A stretch of DNA of 64,000 nucleotides from Edaphocola flava (GTDB taxonomy: Bacteria; Bacteroidota; Bacteroidia; Chitinophagales; Chitinophagaceae): positions 460,487 through 524,486 of the forward strand of contig NZ_SAIQ01000002.1 of the NCBI RefSeq assembly GCF_004118155.1, given 5' to 3'. Below the pieces are notes generated by a model, which saw only the letters and a list, made by a program, of their open reading frames with translations, did not search any database and had not been told where the DNA came from. The position numbers and the translations under genes were made by a program. Shown one piece after another: positions 1 to 10,700 of this stretch; position 1 is the first letter of the stretch, and each line of letters opens with the position of its first letter.

Positions 1-1
1 A

Positions 2-166
2 AGTACTGCCCGCAACTATATTATAGGTACGGTAAAGCTGGATACCTTGCATAATGCAGAATGGTTCTACGATAAAAATGTATCGGTTATTGCTTTGGGA
101 ACCGGCGTGATTACCGATGGGGAGCTGGTACATAATGCCGCTTCTGTACTGGAACTGGCACAATAG
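2..166 (+). CDS. 3' end of an upstream gene (partial), product unknown
   Basis: Open frame 2 runs from the window edge to TAG at 164-166 (...NAASVLELAQ*). No recognisable motif. Confidence 0.3.
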   Translation, partial: STARNYIIGTVKLDTLHNAEWFYDKNVSVIALGTGVITDGELVHNAASVLELAQ

Positions 167-197
167 AATTACCGGCTACTTAAAATGAGTGCATAAT

Positions 198-231
198 AAA
201 AATAGCGATCCGAAACCGGATCGCTATTTTT
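198..231. terminator. Bidirectional rho-independent terminator between the convergent partial CDS and fusA
   Basis: Perfect hairpin aaaaatagcgatccg-aaa-cggatcgctattttt flanked by A/T runs, lying between two convergent stop codons. Confidence 0.6.
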
Positions 232-248
232 ATTATGCATTAAGGATA

Positions 249-2396
249 TTAATCTTCAGATTTACGTCCTTTTGCTTTTGCGATTACTTCTTCCTCAACG
301 TTTCTAGGAGCCTGAGCGTAGTGGCTGAACTCCATTGTAGAAGATGCACGACCAGAAGACAGGGAACGTAATTGAGTTACATAACCAAACATTTCGCTCA
401 ATGGAACTTTTGCTTTGATTACCTGTAAGTTGTTACGGCTATCCATACCTTCCAGCATAGCGCGACGACGGTTCAAGTCACCTGTAACATCACCCATGTA
501 TTGGTCTGGAGTCAGCACTTCTACTTTCATGATTGGTTCCAGGATGATTGGCTTAGCCTGACGACCAGCTTCACGGTAACCTTGTTTCGCACACAATTCG
601 AATGACATAGAGTCAGAATCGACCTGGTGGAAAGAACCATCAAATATTCTTACACGCATATGCTCTACAGGGAAACCTGCCAGAACACCAGCACCCATAC
701 AAGATTCGAAACCTTTCTGGATAGCAGGGATAAATTCTTTAGGGATAGATCCACCGAAGATGTCATTTACGAACTGGAAAGTACCTTTACCTTCAGCCAG
801 GAATGCTTCATCAGCAGGTCCGATTTCAAACTGGATATCCGCGAATTTACCACGACCACCAGATTGTTTTTTGAACACCTCACGGTGGCTGATTTGCAGT
901 GTGAATGCCTCTTTATAAGCAACCTGAGGAGCACCTTGGTTAACTTCAACTTTGAACTCGCGTTTCATACGGTCAACGATGATTTCCAGGTGTAACTCAC
1001 CCATACCGCTTAATACAGTCTGACCTGTATCTTCGTCAGATTTAACGCGTAAAGTAGGATCTTCTTCGATCAGTTTAGCGATCGCCATACCCATTTTATC
1101 AACGTCAGCCTGAGTTTTAGGCTCAACAGCGATAGAGATTACCGGCTCAGGAATAAACATGTTTTCCAGAACGATAGGGTGTTTCTCATCACACAGAGTA
1201 TCTCCGGTTTTGATATCTTTAAAACCAACAGCAGCTCCGATATCACCAGCTTCGATGAAGTCGATAGGGTTTTGCTTGTTAGCGTGCATTTGCATGATAC
1301 GGGAAATACGCTCGTTTTTACCGGAACGTACGTTCAGTACATAAGAACCTGCATCCAGGTGACCAGAGTATGCACGGAAGAAGGCCAGACGACCTACGAA
1401 TGGATCGGTCATGATCTTGAACGCCAGTGCAGCAAATGGTTCTTTCGCATCTGGTTTACGGTATAATTTTTCTTCAGGATTGTCAGGGTTAGTACCTTCG
1501 ATCGCTTCGATATCCATTGGTGAAGGCAGGTAGCGGATTACGCAATCCAGCATTTTCTGAACACCTTTGTTTTTGTAAGAAGAACCACACAGCATTGGAA
1601 TAATGCTCAGGTCAATAGTAGCTTTACGGATTGCTTCGTGGATCTCTGCCTCAGAAATTGAGTTTGGATCTTCGAAGAATTTCTCCATCAGTTGATCGTC
1701 ATATTCAGCAACCGCTTCAACCAGCTGAGCTCTCCACAGTTCTGCTTCTTCTTGCATATCAGCAGGAACGTCACCTTCAGTATAAGTCATACCTTGAGTG
1801 TTATCATCCCAGATGATAGATTTCATAGTAACCAGGTCAACCACGCCTTTGAAGTTATCTTCAGCACCGATTGGCAATTGCAGTGGAACTGCTTTTGCAC
1901 CCAACATATCTTTAATTTGCTGTACAACCATCAGGAAGTCAGCACCGATACGGTCCATTTTGTTTACGAAACCAACACGTGGTACACGGTAACGGTTTGC
2001 CTGACGCCATACTGTTTCAGACTGAGGCTCAACGCCATCAACTGCTGAGAATAAAGCAACCAGACCATCCAGTACACGCATAGAACGCTCTACCTCAACA
2101 GTAAAGTCAACGTGACCCGGAGTATCAATGATATTGAATTTATATTGTTTTGAATCAGGAACAGGTTGGCCCTGTACAGTAGGGAATTTCCAGAAACAAG
2201 TAGTTGCAGCTGAAGTAATGGTGATACCACGCTCTTGTTCTTGTGCCATCCAGTCCATGGTAGCACCACCTTCGTGTACTTCACCAATTTTGTGGTTTAC
2301 ACCAGTGTAATATAAGATACGTTCTGTAGTAGTGGTTTTACCGGCATCAATGTGTGCGGCAATACCAAAGTTGCGCTGTAAGCGTAAATCTGCCAT
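249..2396 (-). CDS. fusA: Translation elongation factor G
   Basis: N-terminal G1 motif [23 protein letters not shown], full five-domain length (715 aa), EF-G-like C-terminus. Confidence 0.95.
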   Translation of the reverse strand: MADLRLQRNFGIAAHIDAGKTTTTERILYYTGVNHKIGEVHEGGATMDWMAQEQERGITITSAATTCFWKFPTVQGQPVPDSKQYKFNIIDTPGHVDFTVEVERSMRVLDGLVALFSAVDGVEPQSETVWRQANRYRVPRVGFVNKMDRIGADFLMVVQQIKDMLGAKAVPLQLPIGAEDNFKGVVDLVTMKSIIWDDNTQGMTYTEGDVPADMQEEAELWRAQLVEAVAEYDDQLMEKFFEDPNSISEAEIHEAIRKATIDLSIIPMLCGSSYKNKGVQKMLDCVIRYLPSPMDIEAIEGTNPDNPEEKLYRKPDAKEPFAALAFKIMTDPFVGRLAFFRAYSGHLDAGSYVLNVRSGKNERISRIMQMHANKQNPIDFIEAGDIGAAVGFKDIKTGDTLCDEKHPIVLENMFIPEPVISIAVEPKTQADVDKMGMAIAKLIEEDPTLRVKSDEDTGQTVLSGMGELHLEIIVDRMKREFKVEVNQGAPQVAYKEAFTLQISHREVFKKQSGGRGKFADIQFEIGPADEAFLAEGKGTFQFVNDIFGGSIPKEFIPAIQKGFESCMGAGVLAGFPVEHMRVRIFDGSFHQVDSDSMSFELCAKQGYREAGRQAKPIILEPIMKVEVLTPDQYMGDVTGDLNRRRAMLEGMDSRNNLQVIKAKVPLSEMFGYVTQLRSLSSGRASSTMEFSHYAQAPRNVEEEVIAKAKGRKSED

Positions 2397-2438
2397 AACA
2401 GTTTAGATTAAAAAAATTTATTTGATAAATTCAGGCTG

Positions 2439-2446
2439 CAAAGGTA
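2439..2446 (-). promoter_or_regulatory. Bacteroidota-type -7 element (TAccTTTG on the minus strand) upstream of fusA
   Basis: Plus-strand caaaggta is the reverse complement of TACCTTTG, 42 nt upstream of the fusA ATG. Matches the Bacteroidetes sigma-A -7 consensus TAnnTTTG. Confidence 0.4.
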
Positions 2447-2657
2447 GTATTTAGTATTTATATGAGAAAATATTATTTTATTAGTGTATTTTCTTCTTTA
2501 CATTGACCGTTTGGTACATAACCGGTGGGCTGCATCGTTTGTCTATACTATATAAATTAAACAGTATCAGATCATTACAGACATCTTTCATAGATAAAAT
2601 AAATAAAATTGTTTTGTGGGATCATTGTTTTAATTTTGGATCGCTAAAATTATCTGC

Positions 2658-4088
2658 TTGAGTACTAGAGAGAATATATCTGTTTTTGACATGTTTAAGA
2701 TCGGCGTAGGGCCGAGTTCGTCACATACCCTTGGACCCTGGAGAGCCGCATTACAATTTCTGGATACGCTTCAGCAGCGTTATGGGCTTTCGTCTGTAAG
2801 TGCAGTGAGTGTAATGTTATATGGTTCACTTGCTAAAACAGGGGTGGGGCATGGAACAGATGTCGCTGTAATACTTGGTTTATGTGGTGCCGATCCCGTA
2901 ACCTTCGATGTAAACCAGATCTATCCTACGATTGATCAGATCGCTGATAGCGGTATCATGAATCTGGGTGGTGTACAGGAAATCCCTTTCCAGCCTAAGG
3001 ATAATGTTGTCTTCCTGATGAATGAGAGCCTGCCTTTCCATCCCAATGCCCTTACTTTTTTATGTACCCTCAATGACGGTACACAGGTTGCAGAGACCTA
3101 CTATTCTATCGGTGGCGGTTTCGTGGTGCAGGAAGGTGTGAGCGGTAATGCCTCATCTGAAGTAGAGTTGCCATTTATTATCGAAAAATCGCAGGACCTG
3201 CTGCACTGGTGTATTAAGACCGGTTTGAGCATTTCGGAGATCGTACATGAGAACGAACTGGCCTGGAGACCTGAACGGGAGACCCGTGATGGTGTACTGA
3301 AGATATGGGAAACAATGAAGTCCTGTATATACCGTGGTTGCCATATTGATGGTAAACTGCCCGGTGGGCTGAATGTAAGCAGAAGAGCGGCTAAACTGAA
3401 TGCACGCTTATTACAGGGTAGCAATTATAATAATTATGAAGAATGGTTGCAGGCGATCCAGGAAAAGCCCGCTTCCTTTCAATATATCCTGGATTGGGTA
3501 AGCTGTTTTGCCCTGGCGGTAAATGAAGAGAATGCTTCGTTCAGCCGTGTGGTAACCGCTCCGACTAATGGTGCTGCCGGTGTAATTCCTGCTGTGCTGA
3601 TGTATTATATTGCATTTTGTAGCGGCAATGATGCTGATAAAATTTACCACTTCCTGCTTTGTGCCAGTGAGATTGGCTCCATATTCAAGAAAGGAGCAAC
3701 CATTTCTGCTGCAATGGGTGGCTGCCAGGCAGAGATCGGAGTATCTTCTGCGATGGCCGCAGCAGCATTGACCGAAATGCTGGGTGGTAGTCCGCGTCAG
3801 TGCATGATGGCAGCAGAGATTGCAATGGAACATCACCTGGGACTGACCTGCGATCCTGTAGGCGGCCTGGTACAGGTGCCTTGTATTGAACGCAATACCA
3901 TGGGGGCAATTAAGGCAATTACAGCGTCTCAACTGGCCCTCCAGAGCAATCCGGACAATGCAAGAGTATCTCTTGATGCGGTAGTAAAAACCATGTGGGA
4001 AACCGCACTGGATATGAATACTAAATATAAAGAAACTGCCGATGGCGGCCTGGCTACGAATATCAGCCTTGCCCTGCCAGAGTGCTAA
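2658..4088 (+). CDS. sdaA: L-serine dehydratase (L-serine ammonia-lyase), single-chain Fe-S type
   Basis: [22 protein letters not shown]-terminus and ~470 aa length are typical of SdaA/SdaB. Confidence 0.9.
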   Translation: MSTRENISVFDMFKIGVGPSSSHTLGPWRAALQFLDTLQQRYGLSSVSAVSVMLYGSLAKTGVGHGTDVAVILGLCGADPVTFDVNQIYPTIDQIADSGIMNLGGVQEIPFQPKDNVVFLMNESLPFHPNALTFLCTLNDGTQVAETYYSIGGGFVVQEGVSGNASSEVELPFIIEKSQDLLHWCIKTGLSISEIVHENELAWRPERETRDGVLKIWETMKSCIYRGCHIDGKLPGGLNVSRRAAKLNARLLQGSNYNNYEEWLQAIQEKPASFQYILDWVSCFALAVNEENASFSRVVTAPTNGAAGVIPAVLMYYIAFCSGNDADKIYHFLLCASEIGSIFKKGATISAAMGGCQAEIGVSSAMAAAALTEMLGGSPRQCMMAAEIAMEHHLGLTCDPVGGLVQVPCIERNTMGAIKAITASQLALQSNPDNARVSLDAVVKTMWETALDMNTKYKETADGGLATNISLALPEC

Positions 4089-4106
4089 ACTATTATAATT
4101 TAAAAA

Positions 4107-4135
4107 AGCAGCCACCGAAAGGTGGCTGCTTTTTT
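4107..4135 (+). terminator. Rho-independent terminator of sdaA
   Basis: agcagccacc-gaaa-ggtggctgct followed by TTTTT, 19 nt after the stop. Confidence 0.8.
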
Positions 4136-4158
4136 ATGCACATAATTTTTTTGTTTAA

Positions 4159-4186
4159 TTACGAAATATTCGTAGATTTACGAAAA
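4159..4186 (+). promoter_or_regulatory. Candidate BlaI/MecI-family operator dyad upstream of blaI
   Basis: TTACGAaatatTCGTAgatTTACGAAA: a 5-bp-arm dyad (TACGA/TCGTA) plus a third half-site repeat, 11-38 nt upstream of the blaI ATG. It resembles the TACA/TGTA operators of BlaI/MecI. Confidence 0.4.
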
Positions 4187-4196
4187 ATATGTAGAC

Positions 4197-4562
4197 ATGG
4201 AAAAGCTGACGATACAGGAAGAAGAGGCTATGCTGGCCATCTGGAAATTGAATGGAGGTTTTGTAAAAGACATTCAGCAGGCGATGCCGCAAAATGAGAT
4301 TCCTTATACAACACTGGCCTCTACCGTTAAAAATCTTGAGCGTAAAGGGTATGTGCAGGCGGTGAAGTATGCCAATGCCTGGCGGTATGAACCGTTGATC
4401 CCTGAACCGGAATATAAGAAAGTGCATATGGGCAATATTGTCCAGGATTATTTTCAGAACTCTTACAAAGCACTGGTGAACTTTTTTGTAGAGGACAACA
4501 AACTATCTGCCGAGGAACTGAAAGAGATTATTGCATTGATCGAACAGGGTAAAACGAAATAA
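4197..4562 (+). CDS. BlaI/MecI/CopY-family transcriptional repressor
   Basis: 121 aa, winged-helix N-terminus (TLASTVKNLERKGYV) and C-terminal dimerisation helix. Stop is followed 1 nt later by the M56 gene start. Confidence 0.85.
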   Translation: MEKLTIQEEEAMLAIWKLNGGFVKDIQQAMPQNEIPYTTLASTVKNLERKGYVQAVKYANAWRYEPLIPEPEYKKVHMGNIVQDYFQNSYKALVNFFVEDNKLSAEELKEIIALIEQGKTK

Positions 4563-4563
4563 T

Positions 4564-5937
4564 ATGAGCCCGTCTTTATTCATATCTCTTATGGTGGCCA
4601 ATACATGTCTTGTATTACTGATCATCCTTTACCATACCGTATATGGCCGCTATACTTTTTACCGGTTTAACCGATGGCTCTTGTTTATCGGCCTATGCTT
4701 ATCTGTGAGTATACCATTTTTGCGTCTGCCTTTTTTTGAAAGACCGGCAATTGTGCTATATGTAACAGCCCAGGATAGCAAACCTTTTATACCAGATGCA
4801 TTTGCTACACAACCCTTTAGTAGCCCGAATTTGATTGTTACAGGCTTGTCTGTACTTCTTTTTGCAGGTATGGCCTTGGGCTGCGTTCGCTTACTGATCC
4901 GGCTATATGGTATCTACCGGATACATGCTTTGAGTACGGCCACCAGCCACAGTGGTATTGTGTTTCGAGAGGTATCGTTACCTGTTGCCCCATTCGCATT
5001 TATGGGCAATATCTATCTCAATCCGTCTACTTTAAATACAGAACAGCTGGACGCGGTATTGCTGCATGAGCAGGTACATATCCGCGGCGGGCACTCCATC
5101 GATATGCTGCTGACAGAGCTGGTGCAGATCATTTTCTGGTATAACCCCTGGATGCCATTATTGAGACAAGCGGTAACACAAAACCTGGAGTACCTTACAG
5201 ACGAGGTAATGATTACAACCGTAATGGACAGAACACAATACCAGTATAGCTTGTTACATACCGCTACCCATAACCGGTATATACATTTAACCAATGCCTT
5301 TCTTTTTACTAATCTGAAAAACAGACTCAATATGATGAACAAAAATCAAACCCAATCCGGTTTTAAACTTTCTTATCTGCTGGCTTTGCCCTTGCTTGGG
5401 GCTACAGCCCTGATCAGTTCTGCAGGCTTTGCCCAACAGCAGAAAATTGTGATTAAACAAACGCAGCAAGCCGCTGTTCCGGAACAGCAAGCCGATCATT
5501 CCGGTAAAATTATAAAACCGGAAAATACGGTTACGGTAAAAGCGGATAAAGATGGTAAAGTGCAGGTGACCAAGCATATGCTTTTAGAAACTGCCGCCGC
5601 ACAGAAGCATGCACAGCCGGAAACGGTAAACATTGCGATCAAAGCGTCGGATGTAGCTATGGAGCAGGGTGAGGTAAAGGTAACTGCACAGCAGATCACC
5701 ATAATGCCGGGAACATCCGGAAAAGAAGTACAGGTTACTGTAACCAATGACCAGCAAACGGCAGTAAAAGCGCTGATCATTATTGATGATGTCATCAAAG
5801 AAAATGCAGCATTGTCTGACATTGATCCTGGAACAATCGTATCTGTTCAGGTATTGAAAGATGCGGCATCTGTGGAGCAATACGGAGACAAAGCCCGTAA
5901 TGGAGTGATTAAGATCGTGACGAAGAACGCAAAGTAA
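4564..5937 (+). CDS. BlaR1-like M56 family membrane metalloprotease / signal transducer
   Basis: N-terminal TM helices, zinc motif HEQVHIRGGH (HExxH), and operonic coupling with the blaI-like gene. The C-terminal lysine/valine-rich repeats are uncharacterised. Confidence 0.8.
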   Translation: MSPSLFISLMVANTCLVLLIILYHTVYGRYTFYRFNRWLLFIGLCLSVSIPFLRLPFFERPAIVLYVTAQDSKPFIPDAFATQPFSSPNLIVTGLSVLLFAGMALGCVRLLIRLYGIYRIHALSTATSHSGIVFREVSLPVAPFAFMGNIYLNPSTLNTEQLDAVLLHEQVHIRGGHSIDMLLTELVQIIFWYNPWMPLLRQAVTQNLEYLTDEVMITTVMDRTQYQYSLLHTATHNRYIHLTNAFLFTNLKNRLNMMNKNQTQSGFKLSYLLALPLLGATALISSAGFAQQQKIVIKQTQQAAVPEQQADHSGKIIKPENTVTVKADKDGKVQVTKHMLLETAAAQKHAQPETVNIAIKASDVAMEQGEVKVTAQQITIMPGTSGKEVQVTVTNDQQTAVKALIIIDDVIKENAALSDIDPGTIVSVQVLKDAASVEQYGDKARNGVIKIVTKNAK

Positions 5938-5994
5938 TTTCTGGTCAGATATGCCTAAACAATAAGCATCCGCTCATAGCGGATGCTTATTGTT

Positions 5995-6840
5995 TTAAAT
6001 CATGTATTGTTGCGGCAGGCTGGGAATGATACCTGCTTCAAATGCTCTTTTGAATAATGTTTCTATTGCAGCAGCACCCTCGGTGTCTAAAGAGGTGGTG
6101 TACTGGTTTACGTACAGATTGATATGTTTGCGCATCACCTCTTCTTCCATCTCCTGTGCATTGTCCTGTACAAACGCGGATAGTTCGGGATAGCGTTCCC
6201 AGCTTTTGGCCACGCTGTCCGAGATCATTTGCTGTACTTCTTGCTTAACAGTTTCCGGCAGATCTTTTTTAATGATGATCCCGCCCAGAGGGATGGCAGC
6301 ACCAGTAGTCTGTTCCCACCATTCACCGCAATCCATCAGCTTCTCCAGTCCGCGGTCGGCATAGGTAAAGCGACTTTCATGAATAATGAGGCCTGCATCA
6401 TAAGTGCCGTTCAGCACCTCTGCTTCGATATTGCTGAACAGTACTTCTGTTTTGTTCTTTGCTTCAGGAAATGCCAGGCTCAGTAAGAGATTGGCGGTAG
6501 TGTACTTACCGGGAATGGCAATTTTTGCCTGCTGCATAAATGCCTGCACATCGGTAATAGATGCGTATTTTTCTTTAGTAGTAATCAGTAAGGGGCCAAC
6601 ACCTCTGCCCAGTGCAGAACCACTATCCAGCAGCTGGTATGTATCGGTCAGGTGCAGGAATGCACTGTAACTGATCTTGGTAATATCTAATTTGCCTTCC
6701 AGCGCCCATTGATTCAGGGTCTCGACATCCTCCATCTCAAAATCGAATTGCAGATCAGATCCGGGATGGTCTTTATTGACCATATCATCAAATATAAACG
6801 TATCGTTGGGACAGGGGCTGAAGCCCAGGCTTAATCGCAT
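5995..6840 (-). CDS. mqnD: 1,4-dihydroxy-6-naphthoate synthase-like (futalosine-pathway menaquinone biosynthesis, MqnD; MqnA not excluded)
   Basis: MRLSLGFSPCPNDTF N-terminus characteristic of the MqnA/MqnD periplasmic-binding-fold family. ~280 aa. Confidence 0.65.
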   Translation of the reverse strand: MRLSLGFSPCPNDTFIFDDMVNKDHPGSDLQFDFEMEDVETLNQWALEGKLDITKISYSAFLHLTDTYQLLDSGSALGRGVGPLLITTKEKYASITDVQAFMQQAKIAIPGKYTTANLLLSLAFPEAKNKTEVLFSNIEAEVLNGTYDAGLIIHESRFTYADRGLEKLMDCGEWWEQTTGAAIPLGGIIIKKDLPETVKQEVQQMISDSVAKSWERYPELSAFVQDNAQEMEEEVMRKHINLYVNQYTTSLDTEGAAAIETLFKRAFEAGIIPSLPQQYMI

Positions 6841-6863
6841 ACAGCAGCATTTTTTTAGGTTTT

Positions 6864-6895
6864 CAAAAGTAATACATTATTACTTGCTATCTTTG
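6864..6895. promoter_or_regulatory. Divergent -7 promoter elements for mqnD (minus) and cmk (plus)
   Basis: caaaagta at 6864-6871 (TActTTTG on the minus strand) and TAtcTTTG at 6888-6895, 19 nt upstream of the cmk ATG. Confidence 0.4.
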
Positions 6896-6914
6896 TAAAG
6901 TATTCCTAAAAGAA

Positions 6915-7616
6915 ATGAGTAAGAAAATTATTATAGCGATCGATGGCTTTTCTTCCTGCGGGAAAAGTACTATGGCAAAGGCTTTGGCAAAGAAATTGAA
7001 TTATAATTTCATTGATACAGGGGCCATGTACAGGGCAATTACGCTATATTTTATCCGGAATAATGTGCATCTCGATAATGAGACCAGTGTGGCCGCTGCT
7101 CTGGAAAATATTCACCTGCATTTTGAGTTCAATCCACTTACAGAGAAGTCTGATATTGTGCTGAATGATGAAAATGTAGAACAATATATCCGTGAGATGA
7201 CCATTGCTCAGAAAGTAAGCGAAGTGGCTGCCATAAAAGCGGTGCGGGTATTTGCCGTAAAGCAGCAGCAGCAGATGGGTAAGAAGAAAGGAATCGTAAT
7301 GGATGGCCGTGATATCGGTACCGTAGTATTCCCTCATGCAGAGTTGAAAATCTTTATGACTGCCGATATTGCCGTAAGGGTCAAGAGACGCTTTATGGAA
7401 ATGGAGGGACAGGGACAGCACATCAATCTGGAAGATGTGATGCATAACCTGCAGATGCGTGATTATATAGACAGCAACCGTGAAGAGAGTCCTTTGCGCC
7501 AGGCAGAAGATGCCCGTGTACTGGATAACAGTGATATGACCCAGGAAGAACAGCTGAAACTGGCCATGAAGTGGGTCGAAGAAACGCTGGCCAATGTCTA
7601 TTCTGAACAGAAGTAG
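6915..7616 (+). CDS. cmk: Cytidylate kinase
   Basis: IAIDGFSSCGKST P-loop region, ~230 aa, CMP kinase family motifs. Confidence 0.9.
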   Translation: MSKKIIIAIDGFSSCGKSTMAKALAKKLNYNFIDTGAMYRAITLYFIRNNVHLDNETSVAAALENIHLHFEFNPLTEKSDIVLNDENVEQYIREMTIAQKVSEVAAIKAVRVFAVKQQQQMGKKKGIVMDGRDIGTVVFPHAELKIFMTADIAVRVKRRFMEMEGQGQHINLEDVMHNLQMRDYIDSNREESPLRQAEDARVLDNSDMTQEEQLKLAMKWVEETLANVYSEQK

Positions 7617-7636
7617 TTCGACAGCTTTATATAAAA

Positions 7637-7725
7637 AAGGTAATGGCAGGAAGCATTCTTCCTGCCATTACCTTTTTTTGATGAATGATATCACAAAAAC
7701 GATGCCCTCCATATGGAGGGCATCG
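7637..7725. terminator. Two hairpin terminators between convergent cmk and the giant adhesin gene
   Basis: aaggtaatggcaggaag-catt-cttcctgccattacctt plus T-run (cmk side), and gatgccctcc-atat-ggagggcatc with a T-run on the minus strand (adhesin side). Confidence 0.7.
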
Positions 7726-7750
7726 TGCATTCAGAGGAGATAACAGCGTC

Positions 7751-10700
7751 TTATTTGATCACTTCAAATTTGCGCATTACCATACCTTTATCAGTTTCCG
7801 CTTTCAGGATATACATACCCGCTGGCAGCTGACTGAGGTTTATTTTTTCTGTAACTGTTTTCTGCGTTTTCAGATCAATCACTTTCTGACCCACTACATT
7901 GTGTACACTAATGTTGCGGAAGTAGATGTTGTCGCCAACCAGTTCCAGTTTCAGTTGATCCTGCGCCGGGTTAGGGTACAGTCTCATGTCGATATTATTT
8001 TTCACCACGGTTGCAGTACCTACTGTAAAGTCAACTCTGATCAACAGTGTTACTGAAGTATCGGTACAGCCGTTAGATACATCCATAGTCACCAGGTAGT
8101 CTCCTGCCGCAGCGAAAGTATGTACCGGGCTGTCCAGGGTACTGGTTACACCATCACCGAAGTTCCACGCATAAGTATAATTCTGTGCCGGGTTGATTGG
8201 TTCAAAGCGTACTTTACCCATAGCCTCGTTAAACAATGGTACAAAGTTGAAACCATCATTTACCGGTTGTGGCATAATCGTAATGGCGATAGCATCAGTA
8301 CCGGTACAGTTGCTGGCATTGGTTACACTCACAGAGTACGTACCTGCCTGGTTTACACTGATTGTCTGGCTGGTTGCACCTGTATTCCACAGGTAAGCGG
8401 CACCAGGGTTAGCAGCATTCAGAGTCAATGGTTGTACGTGACAGATCATAGTATCATTACCCAGGTTCACTACAGGTACAACTTTGTGTGCGATATTGAT
8501 GGTGTCAGAAGTAGAACAGTTGAAGCTATTGGTTACTTTAACACGGTACTGACCAGCAGCAGCTGCAACTAAAGTACTGTTGGTACTGTTGTCATTCCAT
8601 AGGTAAGCAGCGCCAGGGTTACCAGCATTTAAGGTCAGTGGTACGTTAGCACATACCGCAGTATCATTACCCAGGTTTACAACTGGTTTAGCATTTACAG
8701 TCACGTTAGCCGCAACAGATGTATCGCTACAACCAGAAGTGGTATTGGTTACTATCGCTTTATAGTTACCTGTTTGATTCACTGTCAGTGTACTGGCAGT
8801 CTGGCTAGATATAAGGCTAGTGTTGTTCAACCAGCTGTAAGCACCACCACCTGTAGCAGTCAGTGTCTGACTTTGTCCCGCACAGATATTAATTGTTCCG
8901 GTAGGGGTTAAGCCTGCAGTTGGTTTCGCTTTGATGGTAGCCGCCACTGTTGTTCTCGGGCTGATACATGCAGTTTGGCCCAGGAATACAACATTTGGTC
9001 TATTCATTGATGTAGTTGTTACACCAGAAGTCGAAGTTGTCGCATCGAAGGCAGCAGCTGTAGCCGGTGTTATGTTGTCTATAGAACGTGCATATACACT
9101 GTTGAATGTAGTAGCAGTATAGGCCACTGTTGTACCGGAACCATTACCACCGTTTCCTGAGTTATGTACGGTTTCAAGGATCACATTGCTGGTTCCATCC
9201 CAGTTAAACGGAGTCGTGAAGGTAAAGGTTACCACTCCGGTTGCAGTTGGGGTGTATGAGGCATTATATACAGGAGTAGTACCAGATACAAATCCGCTCA
9301 TTGCGGTATTGTTTGTGGTACCCATTCTGATCGTAAAGTCATTACAGGTAGCTGTCGCGTTGATCGCTGTAACATCGAAAGAGATTGCTTTAATGTTACC
9401 TGCTACCAGTCCTGCCGCCTGCAGTTCACTTGCAAGGAATAGCATCTGGTGTTTAGTACCACCATAGAAACCACTCAATGGGTTAGGGTATGACGTTGTA
9501 CTATTGCTGCTGGTACCCGCACCTATTCTGATGCTCTTAGCATAATAAGACTCGGCCGAAACATAATAGTTTGTAGTGGCACTCAGGCTTGGAGTTGTGA
9601 AGTTGTTACCCGTGCCTACCGGAGTACCACCAGTTAAAGCGGTAAACCATTTCAATGTATTGCCTGCGGCAGTAGTAGCAGACAGGGTTAATACACCGGG
9701 CCCACAACGTTCAGCAGGAGTGTTGGTCAATATAGTAGGATTGTATACACGTACTGTATCAGATGCAGTATTAAAACAAGACGCACCGTCGCTGTTTTTG
9801 ATCACTGCTCTATAGTATTGTGTAGCATTTAAGGTCGGCGTTGTGTATGTCGCACTGGTACCACCGGTAGTGATATCAGTGAAGGCAACATTATTAGCAG
9901 AATTTTGCCATTGGTAGCTGAAGTTAGTCTGTGTAATCGCAGGAGTAATACTTAATGTAGTACTACCGGATTGACAGAAGTCTTTTACTGCTGCTACTGA
10001 ATTTGCTGTTGACGGTAAAGTTTGAATTTTAACGGTATCAAGGTTTGCACATTGAGATGTTGTGTTCAGCGCATTAGCAGTAACCATTGCAGTACCACTT
10101 GTAGCATTCTTGTAATATACAGTGCTGGCATTGGTACCCGCAGTATAAGGAGTAGTTGCCGCAGCATTGGTATATAAGTTTGCAACCGGTGTCCAGGTTA
10201 CATTGTTAAAGTTAGCCGCCGGAGAACTTACCGTTAAAGTGGTGATCGCATTATTACAAACTGTTTTATCATTAGTTACATCAAATGCCGGAGCTGGAGT
10301 TACCGTAGCAGTAACCTGTTGTCTGGTGCCCGCACATTTTCCTATTCCGCCAAACACAATATTAGGTCTGTTTGGAGAAGTGGTTGTTACTCCACTGGTT
10401 GATGTTGAGGCATCAAATGCAGCAGCAGTAGCAGGAGTAATGTTATCAATAGCTCTTGCGTAAACACTGTTGAATGTTGTTGCAGTATAAGCTACTGTTG
10501 TACCAGAACCATTGCCACCGTTACCTGCATTGTGAATTGTTTCCACGATCAGGTTACTGGTGCCATCCCAGTTGTATGGTGTAGTAAAGTTGAAGGTTAC
10601 TACGCCAGTAGCACTTGGAGTATAAGAGGCGTTATAGACAGTTGACGTACCAGTAACGAAACCTGTCATAGCGGTATTGGTTGTAGTACCCAGTTTGATG

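Noticed and set aside
4082-4297. 71-aa ORF overlapping the sdaA terminator and blaI start
   Set aside because: Spans a terminator hairpin and the predicted operator; out of frame with blaI; no coding signal.
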